The notes under the pieces: generated by a model
Database searches by the model: none
What the model was told of the DNA's origin: nothing
Seen by the model: the letters and a program-made list of their open reading frames with translations, nothing else
In this document: piece after piece, positions 58,358-64,000 of the stretch
Layout of the letters: each line of letters begins with the position of its first letter
How positions within the stretch are numbered: position 1 is the stretch's first letter
Translations under genes and position numbers: made by a program
IMG/VR virus record: IMGVR_UViG_3300042914_002629
Span: 6,945 to 70,944 of that record
Length of the DNA: 64,000 bases
Direction: 5' to 3' (one strand)
From: a virus

Positions 58358-58386
58358 GTTGTATCGTCCCTTCGATCACCGATCAA
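58358..58386 (-). promoter_or_regulatory. putative promoter TTGATC-N17-TACAAC (copy 1 of a 22-bp repeat)
   Basis: gttgtatcgtcccttcgatcac is repeated at 59344-59365. Confidence 0.55.
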
Positions 58387-58407
58387 GCTAAATTGTGATC
58401 GCGTCGA

Positions 58408-58830
58408 TCAGTCGGTTTTCCCGACAGCCAGCCGCGCCCTGCGCAGCTCGGCGATGACCAGCCGGCGATACTGCCGCCCGCTGGGCCGCCACGCCTGGCC
58501 GAGGTACTGGCACAGCCCGGCCCGCACCATCGTCGCGGCCTCGTAGGGCACCGTGAGCCCGTTCGGGTAGGTCTGATACCCGATCCGGAACACGCACCGG
58601 CCGAAGTCGGCCATGAACATGGTGGCGGCGTCGCGCTTGCGGATGGTGCGGCACGCCCGATACCAGACCTGGAAGGCGTAGCGGGCGATCCTGGCGCGCG
58701 CTGTGGGGTCCAGCTCCAGCGTGCCCGTGATGATGTGCGGCCCGCCGCGCAGGCTGTGCAGGGAGACCGCAGCCGTGCCTGCTGGCGCTTCCGGGTAGCC
58801 CTCTATCGTGAGGCTGATGGGGGTAATCAT
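58408..58830 (-). CDS. hypothetical protein
   Basis: AGAAAGGGCAG motif before ATG. Confidence 0.6.
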   Translation of the reverse strand: MITPISLTIEGYPEAPAGTAAVSLHSLRGGPHIITGTLELDPTARARIARYAFQVWYRACRTIRKRDAATMFMADFGRCVFRIGYQTYPNGLTVPYEAATMVRAGLCQYLGQAWRPSGRQYRRLVIAELRRARLAVGKTD

Positions 58831-58893
58831 GTTGCTGCCCTTTCTGGTGGTCCACGGATGCCGGCCCCCGAAGGCGCCGGTCACCGTGGGCCA

Positions 58894-59088
58894 TCAGGCG
58901 ATGCCGATGTTCCTGTCGTCGCGGTCGAGATTGGCGAGGTGGAGAGCGACCGCCGCCGGCCGATCCGGCTTCACCTCGTAGGTGGCGTGGACGCTGGCCA
59001 TGCCGCCGATGCAGTCGAGCACATGATAGGCGACCACCTGACCCTTGCGGGTCTCGGCCTCGACGTAGTAGCGCGGGCGCTTGCTCAT
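58894..59088 (-). CDS. hypothetical protein
   Basis: ATGA-coupled. Confidence 0.5.
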   Translation of the reverse strand: MSKRPRYYVEAETRKGQVVAYHVLDCIGGMASVHATYEVKPDRPAAVALHLANLDRDDRNIGIA

Positions 59089-59306
59089 GACAGCGCCACC
59101 AGCAGCGGGTGGTTGTGCGCGTTGATGCTGGCGCCGATCAGCGGGCCGTGCTGGTGGCGCGCCCACCATGTGCCTGGGGCCAGCACCTCAAGATGCAGCA
59201 GATCATTCGAGGCGGCGACCTGGCTGCGGCCGAGCAGCGGACCATACTGCATCCCGAAGCGGCTCCAGACCGCGCAGAAGGCCGATCCCAACAGAACTTT
59301 CATCAT
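59085..59306 (-). CDS. hypothetical protein
   Basis: ACGAAAGGGCA before ATG. Confidence 0.55.
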   Translation of the reverse strand: MMKVLLGSAFCAVWSRFGMQYGPLLGRSQVAASNDLLHLEVLAPGTWWARHQHGPLIGASINAHNHPLLVALS

Positions 59307-59343
59307 CGTGCCCTTTCGTTCCCCGGTCTCATCCGGTAGCCAA

Positions 59344-59372
59344 GTTGTACCGTCCCTTCGATCACTCCGCAA
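59344..59372 (-). promoter_or_regulatory. putative promoter TTGCGG-N17-TACAAC (copy 2 of a 22-bp repeat)
   Basis: One mismatch to 58358-58379. Confidence 0.55.
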
Positions 59373-59423
59373 TAGGGAAAATGATCGATGAGATCAAAAA
59401 TGTGACGATGATGCAGTTTGGGC

Positions 59424-59458
59424 TTTACACATTGGCGCGACTCCCATATCGTGAAGAT
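59424..59458 (+). promoter_or_regulatory. putative rightward promoter TTTACA-N17-TATCGT overlapping ATCGTGAAGAT
   Basis: 17-nt spacer; repeated motif; divergent from the 59344 promoter. Confidence 0.6.
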
Positions 59459-59478
59459 CCAACGAGAGGGCATCTCCC

Positions 59479-59805
59479 ATGAAGAACATCGGACCCATCG
59501 GCGACCCGCACATGTTGCACATGTCGATCGCCTGCAACGATGGCAGCACCATCGTGGCGCCCGACGACATGATCAACCAACCCATCCCCTGCCCGTGCGG
59601 CTGCGGTGCGGTCACCACGATGGCCGCGGAAATGCGGCTCCATGTGATCGCGCTCCAGAACATCCTGGGGCATGAGCTGGCCCGCGGGAACCCGGTGAGC
59701 CGCAAGGGCATGGCGCGCATCCTGCTGGCCCTGATGGCTGATCGCAACACCGTCATGGCCGTGGTCCACAAGCCGGGCAAGCCCGGCGCTCCCACCCTTA
59801 ACTGA
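59479..59805 (+). CDS. hypothetical protein
   Basis: ACGAGAGGGCA before ATG; CPCGCG motif. Confidence 0.6.
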   Translation: MKNIGPIGDPHMLHMSIACNDGSTIVAPDDMINQPIPCPCGCGAVTTMAAEMRLHVIALQNILGHELARGNPVSRKGMARILLALMADRNTVMAVVHKPGKPGAPTLN

Positions 59806-59814
59806 GGGCATCAA

Positions 59815-60390
59815 ATGACCGACGAAAAGCCGACCAGCGCGGCCGGCGCCATGCGCGCGCTATACCGCAAGCTGATGCAGGCGCGAGTGCAGCAGGGTAT
59901 CAGCCTGTCCGAGATGGCGCGCCGCATCGGCATCACCCGCCAGAGCCTCACGGCCTGGGAGACGGGCAAGGCGTGGCCCACCCTTGAGAACCTGTTCCGC
60001 TGGGCCAAGCTGCTGGGCTTCTGGATCGTGCTGGAGCCGATCGCCGACCACGGCCTTGAGGTGGAGCCGCGATTGACCCACGACAGCGGGTTGATGGATT
60101 TCTTCCGGCAGCAGAAAACGCCCGAAGAGGCGCTGGTGAAGGGCGCCATCCAGGCCGCGGGCGAGGTGATCCTGGACGCGCTGGTGCCGCCGACCCACAC
60201 CTTGGAGATCGCCGACTTTGTTCGCGGCGTCGAGAAGATGAAAGCGGACGCTATGAGGCACCCGCCCGAGATGCTGTCCGCCGGGCCGCCGCTGTCCGAT
60301 CTGGGGCCGCACATCGCCGATCTGAAGCGGCAAGAGGCGGCCCTGGCCGAGGGCGCGCCGAAACCCAAGCGAGCGAGGAAGCCGAAGTGA
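59815..60390 (+). CDS. XRE-family HTH regulator
   Basis: RVQQGISLSEMARRIGITRQSLTAWETGKAWPTLENL. Confidence 0.85.
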   Translation: MTDEKPTSAAGAMRALYRKLMQARVQQGISLSEMARRIGITRQSLTAWETGKAWPTLENLFRWAKLLGFWIVLEPIADHGLEVEPRLTHDSGLMDFFRQQKTPEEALVKGAIQAAGEVILDALVPPTHTLEIADFVRGVEKMKADAMRHPPEMLSAGPPLSDLGPHIADLKRQEAALAEGAPKPKRARKPK

Positions 60391-60492
60391 GCACCGAACA
60401 CCTCGATCCCGAAGACGCCCGCCGCCTCAACCTGCTGCTGGAGCGGTTCCGCGCCACCCTGGCCCACGCCACGACTGCGAAGGGGGGTTGAG

Positions 60493-60690
60493 ATGCCGCG
60501 TTACGAGATAGAGCTTCGCCAGTGGGTGCAGTACTGCACCATGGAATATGTCGACGCGGAGTCCGCGTCCGAGGCCCGAGCTATTGTGGATCGTCACAAC
60601 AGTTTTTGGGAGCGGACGGGTAATTGCAAGCCGGCCACGGTGCATTCCGTGCGAGTTGCCACCACCCCAGCAGGGAGCGCCGACCGATGA
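60493..60690 (+). CDS. hypothetical protein
   Basis: Coupled ORF; VDAESASEAR motif. Confidence 0.55.
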   Translation: MPRYEIELRQWVQYCTMEYVDAESASEARAIVDRHNSFWERTGNCKPATVHSVRVATTPAGSADR

Positions 60691-61202
60691 CGACTGATTA
60701 TGAGCGCGCCATCACCCACACACCCGATCAGGAACGCCGCCTGCACCTCCACTCCCTGCTGGAGCGGTTCCGCGCCATCCTGGCCGACGTGTCGTGCTCG
60801 CCCTACGGCTTCATCGTGGGCGAGACCGGCGGCAGCCTGTTCCTACAGGTCGCCGCCGAGCTGCCCTGCAACGCCACCGGCGTGATGGAGACGCAGAAGG
60901 GCCGGAAGTGGCTGCTGTCGCAGTGGATGACCGAGTCCGAGGTGGTCCAGACGGCCCTCATGGCGGTGCTGGCATTCGAGGAACATGAGACCCGCGAGCG
61001 GTTCACCTGGAAGGGACGCGCCATCTACGACGGCCACTACAGCGCCGATCAGCTCTGGGAGCTGCGCGGCACGAAGGGCTGGAGCGACTACCGGCCGAAG
61101 CCTGCGGCGCCAGCGCCCGCGCCGAAGTGCGGCGCCTGCGGCGTCGAGATCGCGCCGGGCGAGATCATGTGCGAGGGCTGCGCGCCCTTCACGGAAATCT
61201 GA
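60687..61202 (+). CDS. conserved phage hypothetical protein
   Basis: QKGRKWLLS.WMTESEVVQTA...EEHETRERF; C-terminal CxxC pair. Confidence 0.7.
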   Translation: MTTDYERAITHTPDQERRLHLHSLLERFRAILADVSCSPYGFIVGETGGSLFLQVAAELPCNATGVMETQKGRKWLLSQWMTESEVVQTALMAVLAFEEHETRERFTWKGRAIYDGHYSADQLWELRGTKGWSDYRPKPAAPAPAPKCGACGVEIAPGEIMCEGCAPFTEI

Positions 61203-61204
61203 TC

Positions 61205-61828
61205 ATGCGCGTCCTGATCGCCTGCGAATTCAGCGGCACGGTGCGGCGCGCGTTCGCCGCCCGCGGCCACGATGCATGGAGCTGCGACCTGCTGCCCGCC
61301 GAGGATCGGTCCAACCACCACATCACGGGGGACGCTCGGGACCACCTCAACGATGGGTGGGATCTGCTCATGGTCGCGCACCCGCCCTGCACCCGGCTGT
61401 GCAATAGCGGCGTGCGGTGGCTCACGGTCCCGCCACCGGGACGCACCATGGAAGAGATGTGGGCCGAGCTGGAAGAGGGCGCGGCCCTGTTCTCGGCCTT
61501 CTGGAACGCCCCCATCCCGCGCGTGTGCGTCGAGAACCCAATCATGCATCGGCACGCCAAGGCGCGCATCGTGAACTACCAGAAGCCCGCGCAGACCGTT
61601 CAGCAGTGGTGGTTCGGCGAGCCCGTGTTCAAGGGCACCGGCTTGTACCTGCGCGGCCTGCCGCCGCTCCAGCCGACCGCCAAGCTGATGCCACCCGAGC
61701 CCGGCACGCCTGACCACAAGGCATGGTCGGTGATCCATCGGTCGACGGGGTGGAACCCGGAGCGGTGGCGCGAGCGCAGCCGGTTTTTCCCCGGCATCGC
61801 AGAGGCCATGGCGACGCAGTGGGGTTAG
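61205..61828 (+). CDS. DNA cytosine-5 methyltransferase-like protein
   Basis: MRVLIACEFSG, SCDLLP, AHPPCT, VENP motifs. Confidence 0.8.
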   Translation: MRVLIACEFSGTVRRAFAARGHDAWSCDLLPAEDRSNHHITGDARDHLNDGWDLLMVAHPPCTRLCNSGVRWLTVPPPGRTMEEMWAELEEGAALFSAFWNAPIPRVCVENPIMHRHAKARIVNYQKPAQTVQQWWFGEPVFKGTGLYLRGLPPLQPTAKLMPPEPGTPDHKAWSVIHRSTGWNPERWRERSRFFPGIAEAMATQWG

Positions 61829-61863
61829 GCGTAGTATAGCCGCCTCTGAGAAAGGGCAAACCA

Positions 61864-62787
61864 ATGGCGACAGAGTTTTTCGTCGGGCGTGACTTCAAGC
61901 CCGAGAGCAAGGCGCTGATACGAGCCTGTAACCGGGTGATCGAAGAGTATCAGGCGATGGGTTTCGTCCTGACCCTGCGGCAGCTCTACTACCAGATGGT
62001 GGCCAAGGCCATCATCCCGAACACGGTGCAGAGCTACAAGCGCCTCGGCAGCATCGTGAATGATGCCCGCCTGGCCGGCAAGATGGACTGGGACGCGATC
62101 GAGGATCGGACGCGCAACGTGCGGGCGCCCTCGGCCTGGGAGAGCCCGGAAGACATCATGCAGGCCATCGCCGACCAGTACGCCGAGAACCCATGGCTTG
62201 AGCAGGATCACGCGCCCGAGGTGTGGATTGAGAAGGACGCGCTTGTCGGCGTGATAGAGCCCGTCTGCCGCAAGATGCGGGTGCCGTATTTCGCCTGCCG
62301 CGGCTACACCTCACAGTCGGAAGCCTACAGCGCCGGGAAGCGGTTCGCCCGCGTGCGCAAGGGCGGGCGCGTCCCCATCGTGCTACACCTCGGCGACCAC
62401 GACCCGAGCGGCATTGACATGACCCGCGACAACGCCGACCGGATGGCCATGTTCGCCCGGCACGGCGTCCAGGTCCGCCGGCTGGCCCTGAACATGGAGC
62501 AGGTCGAGGAATACAACCCGCCGCCGAACCCGGCAAAGCAAACCGACAGCCGTTTCGAGGCGTACCAGGAAGAGCATGGCGACAGCTCATGGGAGCTGGA
62601 CGCGCTGCCGCCGGACGTGATCGACAGCCTGATCCAGGATGAGCTGGATACGCTGGTCGATGAGATGCGCTGGGAAGCCACCATGGAGCGCGAGAAGGCT
62701 GCGAAGGACGCGCTCCAGCAGATCACCGATCGCTGGGATGAGGTGGTCGAATTCTTGAAGGGAGACGATGATGCCTATGCGCAGTGA
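61864..62787 (+). CDS. TOPRIM-fold protein of the Topo VI-A/Spo11/JetD-like superfamily
   Basis: LTLRQLYY (wHTH Tyr), VWIEKDAL, GDHDPSG (DxD), WELDAL. Confidence 0.8.
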   Translation: MATEFFVGRDFKPESKALIRACNRVIEEYQAMGFVLTLRQLYYQMVAKAIIPNTVQSYKRLGSIVNDARLAGKMDWDAIEDRTRNVRAPSAWESPEDIMQAIADQYAENPWLEQDHAPEVWIEKDALVGVIEPVCRKMRVPYFACRGYTSQSEAYSAGKRFARVRKGGRVPIVLHLGDHDPSGIDMTRDNADRMAMFARHGVQVRRLALNMEQVEEYNPPPNPAKQTDSRFEAYQEEHGDSSWELDALPPDVIDSLIQDELDTLVDEMRWEATMEREKAAKDALQQITDRWDEVVEFLKGDDDAYAQ

Positions 62788-63130
62788 GGCCAACGCGGTC
62801 AAGCTGATCTGCCCGCTGATGAGCCGGGGCGGGAACTTCCACCATTGCCAGGGCAGTGATTGCATGGCCTGGGAGTGGGATGGCGACGGCTACGAGCGGC
62901 GGCACATGCCGCGCACGCCGAAGAACTTCAACGAGCCCGAGGCGATGCACGAGAAGCGCCAGGCCGAAGCCCTGCAAAAGTACCTCGACGCCGGCTGGGA
63001 GGTGTACGAGGGCCAGCGGCCGACCGACCTGGGGCCTGAGCCCTTCACCGGCCTGCGGCGCAAGCTGCCGGCCCGCGTGGGCGATTGCAACGCGCTGGTG
63101 CCCCGCGCCATGCCTGTCTACGAGGGTTGA
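62768..63130 (+). CDS. hypothetical protein
   Basis: CP...CQGSDCMAWEW...GDC motif. Confidence 0.6.
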   Translation: MMPMRSEANAVKLICPLMSRGGNFHHCQGSDCMAWEWDGDGYERRHMPRTPKNFNEPEAMHEKRQAEALQKYLDAGWEVYEGQRPTDLGPEPFTGLRRKLPARVGDCNALVPRAMPVYEG

Positions 63131-63132
63131 GC

Positions 63133-63510
63133 ATGTCGGATAAAGGAAAAGACCCGGCACCGCCGGAGAAGCTGGCAGCCGAGCGGCTGGAGAGGCACGG
63201 CCCCAAGATCGACCTGTTCAAGCTGCCGATCGCCAAGACCGAAGACCCACACGATGCGTGGCTGCCCGTGCAGCTTCCTGACTTCCTGGAGCCGCACGAC
63301 GCGCTGCGCTACCTCCTGAGCAGCCCCAACGTCGCGAGTGTGCATTTTCAGCGACACCCATATCGGGGCGTGATCATGCAGAAGGGGCAGCAGCAAGTCG
63401 AATGCATCGCGTCCCTATTCAATGGGCAGCGGGCGGCGATCTTGGCGCAGACCCCGGAGGAAGCGGCTTACGGCGTGTATCGCTTCCTGCGCGGCCACAA
63501 GTACCTGTAA
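63133..63510 (+). CDS. hypothetical protein
   Basis: GAGG RBS; packed operon. Confidence 0.55.
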   Translation: MSDKGKDPAPPEKLAAERLERHGPKIDLFKLPIAKTEDPHDAWLPVQLPDFLEPHDALRYLLSSPNVASVHFQRHPYRGVIMQKGQQQVECIASLFNGQRAAILAQTPEEAAYGVYRFLRGHKYL

Positions 63511-63574
63511 CCAACCTATTGTGAAGATCAGCGGCCCGGCGTAGGGTGACCGGGTCGCAACGAGAGGGCATGAC

Positions 63575-64000
63575 ATGACCGATGAAATGATGAGGCTCAT
63601 CCGTGAGCTAAACGACAAGCTGGCGCGGGACGCTATGCTACGACAGGGCGACCCGATCGAGACCATCAAAGCGGCGCTGATCGAGATCATGCGGGTGCAT
63701 TGGGAGTCCGTGCTGCCCGGCACCGATATCGAGGCAGCGCAGGCGCTTGAGGGGTTCGATGTTCCCCTTGGGGTGAGATCGGCCGTTGCCTCGGCCCTGG
63801 CCGACCAGAAGGCGCGCCATGACCTGCGCGTGGGTGAGCTGCTGGCGGCAAACAGCGGCGAGGTGGAGTTGCGCCGCAACGCGCAGAAAAATCTGGAGAG
63901 GAGGCGCGCCCTGTACGTGGCCGCGATCGAGGGGCTGGGCAGCCAAATGCTGGACTTGCAACGCGAGTGCATCTCGCTGCGCGGGCCGGCGCCGGCCGAT
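63575..64000 (+). CDS. hypothetical protein (runs off the window edge)
   Basis: ACGAGAGGGCA motif before ATG; frame open to the end. Confidence 0.55.
   Translation, partial: MTDEMMRLIRELNDKLARDAMLRQGDPIETIKAALIEIMRVHWESVLPGTDIEAAQALEGFDVPLGVRSAVASALADQKARHDLRVGELLAANSGEVELRRNAQKNLERRRALYVAAIEGLGSQMLDLQRECISLRGPAPAD

Noticed and set aside
1-64000. CRISPR array, diversity-generating retroelement, integrase or att site
   Set aside because: No regularly spaced repeats, reverse transcriptase or recombinase motifs were recognised by eye.

Overview
The whole window reads as one GC-rich tailed-phage (siphovirus-like) genome, probably infecting an alphaproteobacterium (inferred from GAAAGG-type ribosome-binding sites and gene content). 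A + strand late arm at 2106-35398 encodes terminase, portal, MuF, an XkdF-type protease, scaffold, capsid, neck and tail proteins with a -1 frameshift chaperone, tape measure, tail tip, tailspike and lysis genes. The rest holds early and middle modules: DUF932, a beta-clamp, a RecT-like protein, VRR-NUC, an initiator with iterons, two methyltransferases, a TOPRIM protein and tRNA-Trp. No integrase, DNA polymerase or CRISPR array was recognised. Two features stand out. (1) A ~1,530-aa protein inside the head module fuses an Acb1-like 2H phosphodiesterase, a Nudix hydrolase, a HipA/PI3K-like kinase and an R-S-E ADP-ribosyltransferase, a likely virion-delivered anti-defence or host-takeover payload. 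(2) An ~800-nt ORF-free, highly structured minus-strand RNA at 35410-36210 contains tRNA-like modules, T-loops and a loop-E motif. A phage-wide TCTTCACAAT operator-like motif and a CGAAAGGGCAA start-associated motif also recur. All calls come from reading motifs by eye; no searches were run.
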